A stretch of 64,000 bases of DNA from Acidobacteriota bacterium (lineage in GTDB: Bacteria > Acidobacteriota > UBA4820 > DSQY01): NCBI GenBank assembly GCA_021787565.1, contig JAJYLT010000001.1, forward strand, positions 99,298-163,297, read 5' to 3'. Below, piece by piece: positions 17,277 through 27,030 of the stretch; within the stretch, counting starts at the first letter, position 1; every line of letters begins with the position of its first letter. The position numbers and the translations under genes are program-made. The notes under the pieces are model-generated. The model saw only the letters and a list, made by a program, of their open reading frames with translations. It did no database searches and was not told where the DNA came from.

Positions 17277-17609
17277 TCAATCCAGGTCGATGTCCCGCTT
17301 GAAGGGTCCTTGCGGCCCCTCCTTGGCCTTTTCGAACAGGTCCTTGAACTTCTTTTCCAGAATGTCCTTCTTGCCCTTTTCCGACCGGATGCTCTCCTTG
17401 AACTTCTCCTCGGCCGCGCGCTTCTCCTCGTCCAGCGTCTTGAGCCGGGCCTCGAAGGAGGTCTTCTCGTGCTGGTCGGGCGGAGGCTGATGATCGGAAA
17501 CCACCCGAGAGGTGCCGTCGATGGTCAGGAGCGCTCCGCAGCAGGGGCAGGTCACCGTGAAGCTGTCGCCATCGCTCACCGCAAGGTCCTCCCTACCAAA
17601 GCATAGCAA
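17277..17609 (-). CDS. Small zinc-ribbon (CPCCG) protein with a Lys/Glu-rich coiled-coil tail, function unknown; start uncertain
   Basis: FTVTCPCCGALLTID followed by EARLKTLDEEKRAAEEKFKESIRSEKGKKDILEKKFKDLFEKAKE. Confidence 0.35.
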   Translation of the reverse strand: MLCFGREDLAVSDGDSFTVTCPCCGALLTIDGTSRVVSDHQPPPDQHEKTSFEARLKTLDEEKRAAEEKFKESIRSEKGKKDILEKKFKDLFEKAKEGPQGPFKRDIDLD

Positions 17610-17871
17610 GATGGAGGAGCCGCCGCCAGTGGCGGGGGGGCGAGGCGCGAGAGGTCAGAGGTGGGGGCGGGGAGCGCCCGGCGGGCGGCCTGGTCTTCCC
17701 CTTTCCTGTAGCGGCCTGTCGCTGACAGGCCGTCGCCGGTTCACCCCCGCGGTGGTTCGGCCGCCCAGCGGGCGGCCGCTACGGATGAATGATTGCCTTG
17801 GAAGGGCCGCGACCGGAAGGCCGATCCATCATCTATCATCTGTCATCGCCTCCCGTGCTATCCTCCCGGCC

Positions 17872-19434
17872 ATGGGAGAAGGGGAGCGTGGCATTCTCAG
17901 GCACACGGCGCACGTGGCCACCCTGACGCTGGTGAGCCGCATCCTGGGCTACGTGCGGGACCGCCTGCTGGCCTCGCTCCTGGGCACCTCCACCTGGGCG
18001 GATGCCTTCTACATCGCCTTCCGGATCCCAAACACCTTCCGCCGCTTCGTGGCGGAGGGGGCCATGACGGCGGCTCTCGTGCCGGTGATGACGCGCTCCA
18101 TGAAGGAGGACCCCCCGGAGTCGGCCTGGCTTTTCGCGCGCCGGTTCCTGTACGTTTTCGCCCTCCTGCTGCTCCTGCTGACGGCCGCGGGGACCCTGGC
18201 GGCGCCGGGCATCGCGCGGCTCATGGCCTGGCGGTACGCCCAGGAGGCGCCCGCCGTCTTCGCCCTGACCGAGCGGCTGACGGCCCACCTCTTCCCGTAC
18301 CTGCTCTTCGTCTCGCTGGCGGCCGTGGCCATGGGGATACTGAACGCGCGGGAGATCTTCGCCCCGTCGGCCCTGGCCCCGGCTCTTCTGAACGTGGCCA
18401 TCATCACGGCCGCCCTGCTCTGGGGCCACCGGAGCGGCAACCCGACGGGCGTCCTGGCGTGGGCCGTCCTCGCGGGAGGGGCGCTCCAGTTCCTGATTCA
18501 GGTGCCCTTCCTGCTGAGGGAGGGGATGTCCTTCGCGCCGGCCTTCTCGCTCACGGACCCCCGCGTCCGACGGGTCTTCCAGCTCATGGTGCCCGCGGCC
18601 ATGGGGGCGGGGGTCGGGCAGATTACTCTGCTCGTGGGGACGGCGCTGGCCGGTCTGGCGGGCGAGGGGGCCGTGGCCGCCCTCTACTACGCCAACCGCG
18701 TGACCGAGCTGGCCTTCGGGATCCTGGCGGTCTCCCTGGCCACGGTGATCTTCCCCCGCCTCTCCAGCCTCGTGGCCATGGGGGACCGGAAGGAGCTGGA
18801 GGGGACCCTCTCCCGGGCGCTGGAGGCGATCTTCTACTTCCTTCTGCCGGCCACCGCCGGAATCCTGGCCCTCTCCTCGCCCATCGTCCGCGTGCTGTTC
18901 GAGACGGGCCGCTTCTCGGCGCACTCGGTCTCCCTGACCGCGGGGCCGCTCACGGCCTACGCCGCGGGCATGGTGCTCTGGGGGGCGGCGGCGGTGCTGG
19001 TGCGGGTCTGCCACGCGCACCAGGACATGCTCTCACCCTTCCGGGCGGGGCTTTTTAGCCTGGCCGTCTTCGTGGCGACGGCCCTGAGCCTGCTGAGGCA
19101 CTTCGGGGCCTCGGGAATCGCGGCGGCCTCCTCCACCGCGGCGCTGGCCAACCTGCTCGCGCTCGCCGTGGCACTCGTGCGCAGGCACCGGGTCCGCCTG
19201 CTGTGGAGGAGGCTCGCCCAGGCCCTGGCGAGGGACGCGGCGCTGTCGGCTGCCATAGGCCTCGTCTCTTTCTGGCTCTGGGGCGCCCTACCCCACTCCG
19301 GCAGGCTCGCGGCGGCCGGAGCGCTGGCGGCCGCCGTGGGCGCCGGGGCGCTGGCCTACTTCGGCGGTTCCTGGGTCCTCGGGTTCCCCGAGGCGAGGCG
19401 CGTGCGGGACATCTTTGGTAGGATGAAAGCATGA
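17872..19434 (+). CDS. murJ: Lipid II flippase MurJ (MviN)
   Basis: [72 protein letters not shown] is the canonical MurJ N-terminus, followed by a long multi-TM protein. The ATG at 17872 is downstream of the ORF-track start. Confidence 0.9.
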   Translation: MGEGERGILRHTAHVATLTLVSRILGYVRDRLLASLLGTSTWADAFYIAFRIPNTFRRFVAEGAMTAALVPVMTRSMKEDPPESAWLFARRFLYVFALLLLLLTAAGTLAAPGIARLMAWRYAQEAPAVFALTERLTAHLFPYLLFVSLAAVAMGILNAREIFAPSALAPALLNVAIITAALLWGHRSGNPTGVLAWAVLAGGALQFLIQVPFLLREGMSFAPAFSLTDPRVRRVFQLMVPAAMGAGVGQITLLVGTALAGLAGEGAVAALYYANRVTELAFGILAVSLATVIFPRLSSLVAMGDRKELEGTLSRALEAIFYFLLPATAGILALSSPIVRVLFETGRFSAHSVSLTAGPLTAYAAGMVLWGAAAVLVRVCHAHQDMLSPFRAGLFSLAVFVATALSLLRHFGASGIAAASSTAALANLLALAVALVRRHRVRLLWRRLAQALARDAALSAAIGLVSFWLWGALPHSGRLAAAGALAAAVGAGALAYFGGSWVLGFPEARRVRDIFGRMKA

Positions 19435-19892
19435 TCGTGGTGCTGCAGAGGGTCAGCCGGGCTAGCGTGAGCGTGGACGGGACGACGGTGGGGGCCATCG
19501 GCCGTGGGCTGCTGGCCTTGGCCGCGGTTGAGGCGGGGGACACCGAGGGCGAGGTCGACTGGTGCGCGCGGAAGACCGCCGAGATCCGCATCTTCTCCGA
19601 CCCGGCGGGGAAGATGAACCTCGACGTCCGTCAGGCGGGCGGCTCCGTTCTGGCGGTCAGCCAGTTCACCCTCGTGGGCGATCTGAAGAAGGGGACGCGT
19701 CCCTCCTTTTCGCACGCGGCGCCACCCGAGGAAGCAAGCGTGCTGTTCGAGCGCTACGCCGAAGGCGTGCGCTCCATGGGCGTCGAGGTGGCCACCGGGA
19801 TCTTCGGCGCGATGATGGCGGTGGAGCTCGTGAACGATGGCCCCGTGACGATCATCCTCCAGCGCCGGCCCGCAGCGGGTTCCACGGGATGA
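19431..19892 (+). CDS. dtd: D-aminoacyl-tRNA deacylase
   Basis: [17 protein letters not shown]...[13 protein letters not shown]...[17 protein letters not shown]...[23 protein letters not shown] is the Dtd motif. The start overlaps the murJ stop (ATGA). Confidence 0.9.
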   Translation: MIVVLQRVSRASVSVDGTTVGAIGRGLLALAAVEAGDTEGEVDWCARKTAEIRIFSDPAGKMNLDVRQAGGSVLAVSQFTLVGDLKKGTRPSFSHAAPPEEASVLFERYAEGVRSMGVEVATGIFGAMMAVELVNDGPVTIILQRRPAAGSTG

Positions 19893-19924
19893 AATGGAAG
19901 GCTGGCCCTGCCTGTTAAGACCCA

Positions 19925-19990
19925 TTCGGGGCTTGTTGTAGGAGCGATCGTCTGATCGCGAAGTCGCCGTCGGGCGACGGCTCCCACAGG
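19925..19990. repeat. Palindromic REP-like element family B (inverted orientation relative to 297-372)
   Basis: ttgtaggagcgatcgtctgatcgcgaagtcgccgtcgggcgacggctcccacagg. Confidence 0.5.
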
Positions 19991-20035
19991 GCCAGCGGCG
20001 GCGGCCTGGGGAACCGGAATCGCACCGGAAGGAGG

Positions 20036-20857
20036 GTGATCTTGGCGACACCCGAGTTGAACGCACGCGTGGCGGAGCGCAGTGAGGTGGCCCCGGGACT
20101 CTGCATCCTCAGGGTGGTCCCGGAGGGGTGGGAGCTGTCCGACTTTCTGCCGGGCCAGTTCGCGGTGCTGGGGCTTCCCGCTTCGGCGCCCAGGGAACCC
20201 TTCGCCGACCTTGAGGAGCCGCCCAAGGAGCCGGACAAGCTCATCCGGCGCTCCTACTCCATCGCCTCCTCATCGAAGGCCAGAGAGTACCTTGAGTTCT
20301 ACGTGGCTCTGGTCCATTCGGGTTCCCTGAGCCCCCGCCTCTTCATGCTGAGGCCCGGCGACCCCCTGTGGCTCGGGAGAAAGTTCACGGGCCTCTTCAC
20401 CCTGGCGGAGGTGCCGCCGGAGCGGAACGTGCTGCTCATCGCCACGGGCACGGGGATCGCGCCCTACATGAGCATGCTGCGCACGCACGCCCCGGGCGGA
20501 GGAACGCGCCGCTCCGCCGTCCTGCACGGGGCGCGCCACTCGTGGGACCTGGGCTACCGCTCCGAACTTCTGGCGCTCCAGAAAGGCACCGATCACTTCA
20601 CCTACCTCCCCGTGATCAGCAGGCCAGAGGAGGAGTTCGACCCCTGGCGGCAGCACACGGGCTACGTGCAGGACCTGTGGCGCTCCGGGGCGCTGGACGC
20701 GGCGTGGGGCTTCCATCCCCGGCCGGAGGACACGCACGTGTTCCTCTGCGGAAACCCCGCCATGGTGGACGAGATGTCGGCGATCCTGCAGGCCGAGGGC
20801 TTCATCGAGCACAGCCGGAAGGCGCCCGGCCAGATCCACGTGGAGCGGTATTGGTGA
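20036..20857 (+). CDS. fpr: Ferredoxin-NADP(+) reductase-like flavoprotein (FNR family)
   Basis: GTG start with a GGAGGG RBS. RRSYSIASS is the RxYS FAD-binding motif and LLIATGTGIAPYMSML is the NAD(P)-binding GTG motif. Confidence 0.8.
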   Translation: MILATPELNARVAERSEVAPGLCILRVVPEGWELSDFLPGQFAVLGLPASAPREPFADLEEPPKEPDKLIRRSYSIASSSKAREYLEFYVALVHSGSLSPRLFMLRPGDPLWLGRKFTGLFTLAEVPPERNVLLIATGTGIAPYMSMLRTHAPGGGTRRSAVLHGARHSWDLGYRSELLALQKGTDHFTYLPVISRPEEEFDPWRQHTGYVQDLWRSGALDAAWGFHPRPEDTHVFLCGNPAMVDEMSAILQAEGFIEHSRKAPGQIHVERYW

Positions 20858-21335
20858 AGTGAGGAGTGAGGAGTGAGGAGCAAAAGCTTTGCCCCATCAT
20901 CCATCATCATGGCGGTCCAAGACAGTTTCAGCTCGCACTTGCGGGGTTGGCCTTCCGGAGCGAAGCGGAGGAAGGCGCGTCCCGGCGCCGATGGGCCTCA
21001 TGCGAGGAAGGCGAGGCGGCCGCACCGGAAGCGTACTCCCTGTACGCTGAGGATGCGGACGCCGAAGGCTGACGAAGCAGGAGGTCCGTCGCCGCCGGCG
21101 CACCCATGGAGGGTGGGGGGGACGGTGTACACCAGGAAAGGCTGGGTCTGGCGCCCGAAGGGCGGCGGAGGACCTGCGGCCGGAGCGCGGCCACGCTCGC
21201 GTGGACGCGCCCGGACCAGGCCCCCAGCGCCGCGCCAAAGGCGCGGCCGAGACCCAGCCGTGGTTCGGAGCCGGCAAGGCAGTCCATTTTGGACAGGCAT
21301 GATCCATCATCCATCATCCCCCTGAGGAGTGAGGA

Positions 21336-22235
21336 GTGAAGAGTGCGGAGCCGAAGAAGATCCCGGAGGAGCTGGCCCTCTTCTTCGACCACCTGACCGT
21401 GGAGCGCGGGCTCTCACCCAAGACGGTGGAGGCCTACCGCAGCGACCTGCTCCGCTTCTTCGGTGCGTGCCGGAAGGCCCCGGAGAAGGTGGGCCGGGAG
21501 GACGTCAGGGCCTTCCTGGGGCGGGAGCGCGCCGAAGGGCACTCGGCCAGTACGGCGGCCAGGCGGCTGGTGGCCCTCAGAACCTTCTACCGCTTCCTGA
21601 TCCTGGAGAGGAAGGTGGAGGGCGATCCCACCGAGAACGTGGATGCCCCCCGCACCCTCAAGCGGCTTCCCGAGTACCTCACCCCCGAGGAGGTGGAGCG
21701 GCTGTTGGAGGCGCCCGACGCGGGGAGCCCCACGGGGCTCCGGAACCGGGCCATGCTGGAGGTGCTCTACGCCACCGGCATCCGGGTCTCCGAGCTGACG
21801 GGCCTCACGCAGGAGCGGTACAACCCCCAGGCGGGCTTCGTCCTGGTCATGGGGAAGGGGAGCAAGGAGCGCGTCGTGCCCCTCGGCGAGGTCGCGCAGG
21901 ACTGGGTGGAGCGGTACCGCTCCGAGGCGCGGCCCCGTCTCCTGAAGGACCGCGGCTCGTCCGCCCTCTTCGTGACGGCCAGGGGCGGCCCGCTCAGCCG
22001 GCAGATGGTCTGGATCTTGATCACCGGTTACGCGCGCCAGGCGGGCATCGCCAAGCACATGAGCCCGCACACGCTCAGGCACTCCTTCGCCACGCACCTC
22101 CTGGAGCACGGCGCGGACCTTCGGGCCGTCCAGATTCTTCTGGGCCACGCGGACATCTCGACCACGCAGATCTACACCCACGTGGAGCAGGAGAGGCTCA
22201 AGCGCATCTACCGCCAGTTTCACCCGAGGGCGTAG
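21336..22235 (+). CDS. xerD: Site-specific tyrosine recombinase XerD
   Basis: HTLRHSFATHLLEHGADLRAVQILLGHADISTTQIYTHVEQERLKRIYRQFHPRA. The catalytic R..H..R..Y is present, and the C-terminal ...HPRA tail is characteristic of XerD rather than XerC. Confidence 0.85.
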   Translation: MKSAEPKKIPEELALFFDHLTVERGLSPKTVEAYRSDLLRFFGACRKAPEKVGREDVRAFLGRERAEGHSASTAARRLVALRTFYRFLILERKVEGDPTENVDAPRTLKRLPEYLTPEEVERLLEAPDAGSPTGLRNRAMLEVLYATGIRVSELTGLTQERYNPQAGFVLVMGKGSKERVVPLGEVAQDWVERYRSEARPRLLKDRGSSALFVTARGGPLSRQMVWILITGYARQAGIAKHMSPHTLRHSFATHLLEHGADLRAVQILLGHADISTTQIYTHVEQERLKRIYRQFHPRA

Positions 22236-22443
22236 GGGCGCTGGCCGGCCGGTCGGTCCCTCTCCATGAGTGCGCCGACGGCGGCGGACCTTCTGCGTTG
22301 TCAACCTTCGCGGAATTGGGGTGATCGCCGAGAGGAGCGCCGCGGCGGAAGGTCACCCCAGAACACAGAGAGAGCACGGAGCCGAACGACCGAGGCGTCG
22401 TCGCTCCGTGCCCTCCGCGATCAAGACTCGAAAGGACCCGCTA

Positions 22444-22767
22444 TCAGTGTCCGGCGTGCTGCATGATCTGCTGAAGCTTGCCCATGCCGCCGAAGAAGAA
22501 GATCCAGGTTATTTGGATACAACCGAAAACGAGGGACAGGATGCCCATCACGATGCCGACGATGGCCATCCACTTGCCCCTGGGAGATGACTGTCCCCGA
22601 TTGATCCTCGCATTCTCCATGAACCCGAGGATGAGTGCCGGAATGCCCGCTAGGAAGCCGCAACAACAGGGCAGGGCAAAGATGGCCAAAACCAGTGCTG
22701 CAATGCCCATCCCTCCGATCTTGTCCGGCACGGCGGGAACCGGTTGAGCCTGATAAACATCACTCAT
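22444..22767 (-). CDS. DUF4190-type small membrane protein
   Basis: GIAALVLAIFALPCCCGFLAGIPALILGFMENARINRGQ...GKWMAIVGIVMGILSLVFG has the typical DUF4190 hairpin-TM architecture. Confidence 0.55.
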   Translation of the reverse strand: MSDVYQAQPVPAVPDKIGGMGIAALVLAIFALPCCCGFLAGIPALILGFMENARINRGQSSPRGKWMAIVGIVMGILSLVFGCIQITWIFFFGGMGKLQQIMQHAGH

Positions 22768-22863
22768 GGCAATCCTCCCTTTCCACCTTACTTTCGGTTC
22801 GTGATCCTAAGGAACAGAGAAAGCCTACACCCGATCGACCGGCGGGGCAACGGGCTGAGAGCC

Positions 22864-23015
22864 CCCCAATTCCGCGATAGCGGCTCAACGCCTGTGTAGG
22901 AGCGGCGCCTCGCCGCGAACCGGGTGACCCTGCGACCAGGATGCGGTGCCCGCGTACGGTCTGTCGCGCCGGGGCGGCGCTCCTACGAGTGCAATTCCAT
23001 CGCGGAATTGGGGGA
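22864..23015. mobile_element. MITE-like palindromic element, copy B (near-identical to 14805-14957)
   Basis: ccccaattccgcgatagcggctcaacgcctgtgtaggagcggcgcc...ggcgctcctacgagtgcaattccatcgcggaattggggg. A solo TIR-like remnant (cttcgcggaattgggg) lies at 22305-22320. Confidence 0.55.
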
Positions 23016-23101
23016 GCCCGCATGGCAGCGGTGAGGGGCCGAGGAAGGTACCTGGGGACTACCGGCATCGGCCTCTCTCCACCCTCCACTGTCCCCGTTC
23101 C

Positions 23102-23614
23102 CTATGCCAGCAGCCGCCAGGCCCAGACCACGAGGATGAGCACGATGAGGGCGACGACCGTGGGCAGGAAGACGGGCAGGTCGAAGAGGTGCTCGAAGGG
23201 GCGCCTCTTCGTCCAGGCCACGGGGAGGTAGAACCAGGCGCAGAGGGTGGCGAGGAAGAGGCCGGCCCCGGCCGGCTGCGTCTGGATGGCCGTGATGGGG
23301 TGGCCGTGGAGCATCCACGCGAAGGAGGTGGTCATGCCGCAGGAGGGGCAGGGCTTGTGGAAGGCCTCGTAGAAGCCGCAGGGGGGAAGGCCCAGCTCCG
23401 TGTGGGTGCCCAGCCCGGCGGACTCCGGGCGGAGCCAGCGGGCCACCCCCAGGACGGCCAGGAAGCCGAGCCAGCAGAAGCCGTAGAGGAGGTGGTCCCA
23501 GAAGGCGAAGCGCCTGGGTTTCGGCCCGGGACCCTCCGCCGCGCGGGGCGGGTTGGTGCCGGCCGAGGGCCCGGGAGGGGCTCCGGGCCCGCTGGTGGTG
23601 GGGCTCCTCTTCAC
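23102..23614 (-). CDS. DUF2752-like membrane protein
   Basis: Pro/Gly-rich N-terminus, then a CGFYEAFHKPCPSCGMTTSF motif and four TM segments. Confidence 0.45.
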   Translation of the reverse strand: MKRSPTTSGPGAPPGPSAGTNPPRAAEGPGPKPRRFAFWDHLLYGFCWLGFLAVLGVARWLRPESAGLGTHTELGLPPCGFYEAFHKPCPSCGMTTSFAWMLHGHPITAIQTQPAGAGLFLATLCAWFYLPVAWTKRRPFEHLFDLPVFLPTVVALIVLILVVWAWRLLA

Positions 23615-24225
23615 CGGTGTCGCAGCTTCTCGATGGCGGCCAGCAGCGTCTCGATGGAGCGCGGATCGGGCAGGAAGAAGAAGTGGCCGGAGAAGGAGTG
23701 GTCGCGGGAGGCGAAATCGGTCTGGATCACCAGCGCCTGGTCGGAGACCTCGGCCAGTTCGATCAGGAGGAGGTCCACCACGGCCTGCGCCATGTCCATG
23801 GCGAAGGCGGGGATGGAGGGGATGAGCGCGATGTTCAGCAGGGCGCTGACGGCGGTCAGGTAGGAGGAGGTGAGGATGTTCCCCACCTCCTTGAGCGCCG
23901 AGATCTCCATCTCGCCGAGGGCGCGGCGGGGGGTGGAGCCGTTGAAGAGCAGGGCCAGGAGGCCCTCCGCGGACGGGCGGGGCAGCACCAGGAGCATGTT
24001 GCCTCGGGAGCCGCCGTAGATTCGGAAGAAGAGGCCGAGGACCTCCTCCTCCGGCCCGCCCAGGGTCTCCACGACGCTGGAGAAGGGCAGCACGTTGACG
24101 GCGGGGACCTCGAGGGTGACCACGCGGTGGGTCATCTGGTGGAGGGCCGTGACGGCGTTCCCCGCCCCTATGTTGCTGATCTCCTTGAGCGCGTCCAGGT
24201 CCTCATCCTTCATCTGCTTGAACAT
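23611..24225 (-). CDS. cheC: Chemotaxis phosphatase CheC
   Basis: Two CheC-type repeats: DALKEISNIGAGNAVTAL and ISALKEVGNILTSSYLTAV (E..GN motifs). Confidence 0.75.
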   Translation of the reverse strand: MFKQMKDEDLDALKEISNIGAGNAVTALHQMTHRVVTLEVPAVNVLPFSSVVETLGGPEEEVLGLFFRIYGGSRGNMLLVLPRPSAEGLLALLFNGSTPRRALGEMEISALKEVGNILTSSYLTAVSALLNIALIPSIPAFAMDMAQAVVDLLLIELAEVSDQALVIQTDFASRDHSFSGHFFFLPDPRSIETLLAAIEKLRHR

Positions 24226-26122
24226 GCACGTCCTCTCCGTCGCGCTTCACCAGCGCCCGTCCGTCCAGAATGTAGGCCAGGTCTCCGGTGGAGAGAAGCG
24301 CTCCACCCATCCACTCGGGGACCATCTCCAGGGGCGGGCCCCAGGGGAGGATCACCACCCGCTCGCTCTGGTACACCCGGGAGACGACCAGGACGCGGTC
24401 ACGCTGAGGGGCGCCGATCCTGAGGGCGTACCCCCGGCCGTCGGAGCGGCCCGTTCCCCAGCGCAGGACGGGGAGCAGCTCGCCGCCGTCGTCCAGGTAG
24501 CGCCTGGAGCCCTGGCGGACCAGGGGATGGACGGCCAGGTCGAGGATGCTCTGGACCTGCGAGGAGGGGAGGCCGTAGCGGACTTCGTCCTCCCATCCGA
24601 AGACCAGGACCCGGGTCAGCGTGACGGCGGAGGGGAGCACGAGTGAGAAGCGGCTGCCCAGGCCCGCCTCGGTGGCCATCTCGAGGTGGCCGCCCAGGGA
24701 CTCCACGGCCGCGCGGACCACGTCCAGGCCCACGCCGCGCCCGCTCACTTCGGAGACCTCCTTCCGGGTGGTGAAGGCCGGCAGGGTGAGGACCTCGAGC
24801 AGACGGTCCCGATCGAGCAGGGCCGCCTCCTGCGGGCTGTACAGCCCGCGCTCCGCGGCGGCCTGGCGCACCGCCTCGAGGTCGATGCCACGCCCGTCGT
24901 CCTCCAGGGTCACGAACAGCGCCTCCCCCTCCCGGGCGATGGAGAGCTTCAGCAGGCCCTCCGCTGGTTTGCCCGCCGCCGCACGGTCGGCGGGGCCCTC
25001 GATCCCGTGGTCCACGGCATTGCGGGCGAGGTGCATGAGCGGATCCAGAAGCTTCTCCAGCACCGAGCGGTCCACCTGCTGGTCCGAGCCCGCGTGCTCG
25101 AACCGCACCGGCTTGCCCAGGCGCCCCGAGAGCTCCCGGACGGCTCGCCCCAGGCGGTCCACCAGGGAGTCGAAGGGGACCAGGCGCACCGCCAGAACCT
25201 GATCGAAGAGCCGGTTCAGGCTGCTGAGGTGGCTTTCGAGCCAGAAGCGGTGGCGGCGACGCTCCCGTTCCGGAAGGCCGGACTGGAAGGCGTTGAGCTG
25301 GAACAGCAGGTCGGAGGTCTGCGCGAGCAGGGCGTCCAGATCCGCCGACTGGACCCGCAGGCTCCCCACCAGAACCTGGTCGGGGTGGGCGTCGGCCGGC
25401 GTAGCCTCGCGCTCCAGGCTCACCCCGGACACCTCCGAGAGCCCCTGAACGCTCCTGGCCAGGTCCTTGACCCGCGGCGAATCGGGCAGGAGGAAGGCGG
25501 CACGGCGCAGGTTGCCGGCCTGGATCTCCGCCAGGCCCGGCTCCATGACGAGGTCCGGGAAGGCCTCCCGCACCTTGTTCATCACCACCGCCAGGCGTGC
25601 GGCCGGCAGCGGGGAGGCGGGGTCGATGGTCACCGTGACCCTCACCGAGGGGGCGGCCCGGCCGGAGGGTCGGACGGGAGGAGGTTGGCTGGCGGGAGAG
25701 GGCGGGGCGGGGCGCTCGAACGGCGAGGCGGGGACGGCGGCCGGCGCCACCGGTCCCGCATCGAGGCCTCGGACGGCGCGCTCGACGGCCTCATCGAGCC
25801 CCTGGTCCGATCCCGTCCTCTGCGCTTGGTCCACGAGGGAATCCAGGGCGTCGAGGGCGGCCAGGAGGGCGGAGGACTGGCCGGCCGTCGGGGCTTCTCC
25901 GTCCCGCCAGCGGCCCAGCAGGGTCTCCATCCGGTGGGCCAGAGTGCTCGTGGCGTCGAAGCCCATGGAGGCCGCCATGCCCTTGAGCGAGTGGGCGTTG
26001 CGGAACAGCTCGGCGAGGGCGGACTTCTGCACCTCTTCCCGGGAGGGGATGCCCCGCCGCATCCGGGCGAGGTGCTCCCTGCACTCGGTGACGTACAGGT
26101 CGAGATACTTGGAGGTGTCCAT
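24203..26122 (-). CDS. cheA: Chemotaxis histidine kinase CheA
   Basis: True start MDTSKYLDLYVTECREHL (ATG rc at 26120-26122). HPt region ..NAHSLKGMAASMGF, HATPase region HLARNAVDHGIE ... GRGVGLDVV, and a C-terminal CheW-like domain. Confidence 0.85.
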   Translation of the reverse strand: MDTSKYLDLYVTECREHLARMRRGIPSREEVQKSALAELFRNAHSLKGMAASMGFDATSTLAHRMETLLGRWRDGEAPTAGQSSALLAALDALDSLVDQAQRTGSDQGLDEAVERAVRGLDAGPVAPAAVPASPFERPAPPSPASQPPPVRPSGRAAPSVRVTVTIDPASPLPAARLAVVMNKVREAFPDLVMEPGLAEIQAGNLRRAAFLLPDSPRVKDLARSVQGLSEVSGVSLEREATPADAHPDQVLVGSLRVQSADLDALLAQTSDLLFQLNAFQSGLPERERRRHRFWLESHLSSLNRLFDQVLAVRLVPFDSLVDRLGRAVRELSGRLGKPVRFEHAGSDQQVDRSVLEKLLDPLMHLARNAVDHGIEGPADRAAAGKPAEGLLKLSIAREGEALFVTLEDDGRGIDLEAVRQAAAERGLYSPQEAALLDRDRLLEVLTLPAFTTRKEVSEVSGRGVGLDVVRAAVESLGGHLEMATEAGLGSRFSLVLPSAVTLTRVLVFGWEDEVRYGLPSSQVQSILDLAVHPLVRQGSRRYLDDGGELLPVLRWGTGRSDGRGYALRIGAPQRDRVLVVSRVYQSERVVILPWGPPLEMVPEWMGGALLSTGDLAYILDGRALVKRDGEDVHVQADEG

Positions 26123-26151
26123 GAGCGCCGCCCGCTGCCCGGCCCGATGGG

Positions 26152-26520
26152 TCAACCGACCATGACGGAGTCGAGCACCTTGAGCACTTTCTCCGCGGAG
26201 AAGGGCTTGACGATGAAGTCCTTGGCCCCCGCGGCGATGGATTCGATGACCAGGGCCTCCTGGCCGAGTGCGGAACACATGATGATCCTGGCTTTGGGCG
26301 AGGTCTTGAGGATTTCCCGGCACGCCTCGATGCCGTCCATCTGCGGCATGACGATGTCCATCGTGACCAGGTCGGGCGTGAGGGCGTGGAACTGCTCCAC
26401 CGACTCCTGGCCGTTCGAGGCCTCGCCCACCACATCATACCGGCCCGAGTTGACGAGGATGTCCCGGATCATGGCCCTCATGAACATGGCGTCGTCGACA
26501 ATGAGAACCCTATGAGGCAT
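26152..26520 (-). CDS. cheY: Chemotaxis response regulator CheY
   Basis: MPHRVLIVDDAMFMRAMIRDIL...DLVTMDIVMPQMDGIEA...AKDFIVKPF, 122 aa, single REC domain. Confidence 0.85.
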   Translation of the reverse strand: MPHRVLIVDDAMFMRAMIRDILVNSGRYDVVGEASNGQESVEQFHALTPDLVTMDIVMPQMDGIEACREILKTSPKARIIMCSALGQEALVIESIAAGAKDFIVKPFSAEKVLKVLDSVMVG

Positions 26521-26965
26521 GGTCTCTCCCAGCGGTTTGGTAGTGCACGGACAGGGCCATGGCCCGACTCAGTTCGGCGGCCACGGCGGAGGGGTTGATC
26601 ACGCCCACCCACTCCTGGTTCCATGGATAGAGGCCGCCCCAGATCCCCTCGTTCTTCTCCTCTCGCAGGGCGAGTTCGTCGTAAGCGACCACGTCCTCCA
26701 CCGCGCCCACGGCGAGCGCGAGGTGCCCCAGCGGCGAGGCGAGCCGGAGCAGCAGCTCCTCCCCTTCACCGGCCGGGGGTTCATCCACCAGGGCCGGCGT
26801 GTCCAGCACGGTCACGAGCTGGCCCTTGAGGAAGGCGGTGGCCCGCAGATAGGGATAGGCGACCGGGAGCGGGTAGAGCTTGGGAAGGGGAGAGATCTCC
26901 GCCAGGTGGTCCGTCAGGAATCCCACCGGCCGATCCGCCACCCGTGCCACCAGCAGCTTCCGCAT
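26510..26965 (-). CDS. cheW: Chemotaxis coupling protein CheW
   Basis: Reverse-strand ATG at 26963-26965 gives MRKLLVARVADRPVGFLTDHLAEISPLPKLYPLPVAYPYLRATAFLKGQLVTVLDTPALV..., 151 aa. The ORF track merged it into a spurious 632-aa ORF. Confidence 0.7.
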   Translation of the reverse strand: MRKLLVARVADRPVGFLTDHLAEISPLPKLYPLPVAYPYLRATAFLKGQLVTVLDTPALVDEPPAGEGEELLLRLASPLGHLALAVGAVEDVVAYDELALREEKNEGIWGGLYPWNQEWVGVINPSAVAAELSRAMALSVHYQTAGRDHAS

Positions 26966-27030
26966 GCCTCTCCCCATCCGACTTCCGGGGCCTGCTCCGT
27001 GGGGCCCTGGACGGCCCGGGAGCCTCCCGG

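Noticed and set aside
20873-21325. 150-aa ORF in the fpr-xerD spacer
   Set aside because: It has an Arg/Pro/Gly-rich low-complexity translation and lacks an RBS. The spacer is better explained by the repeat elements described in the findings.
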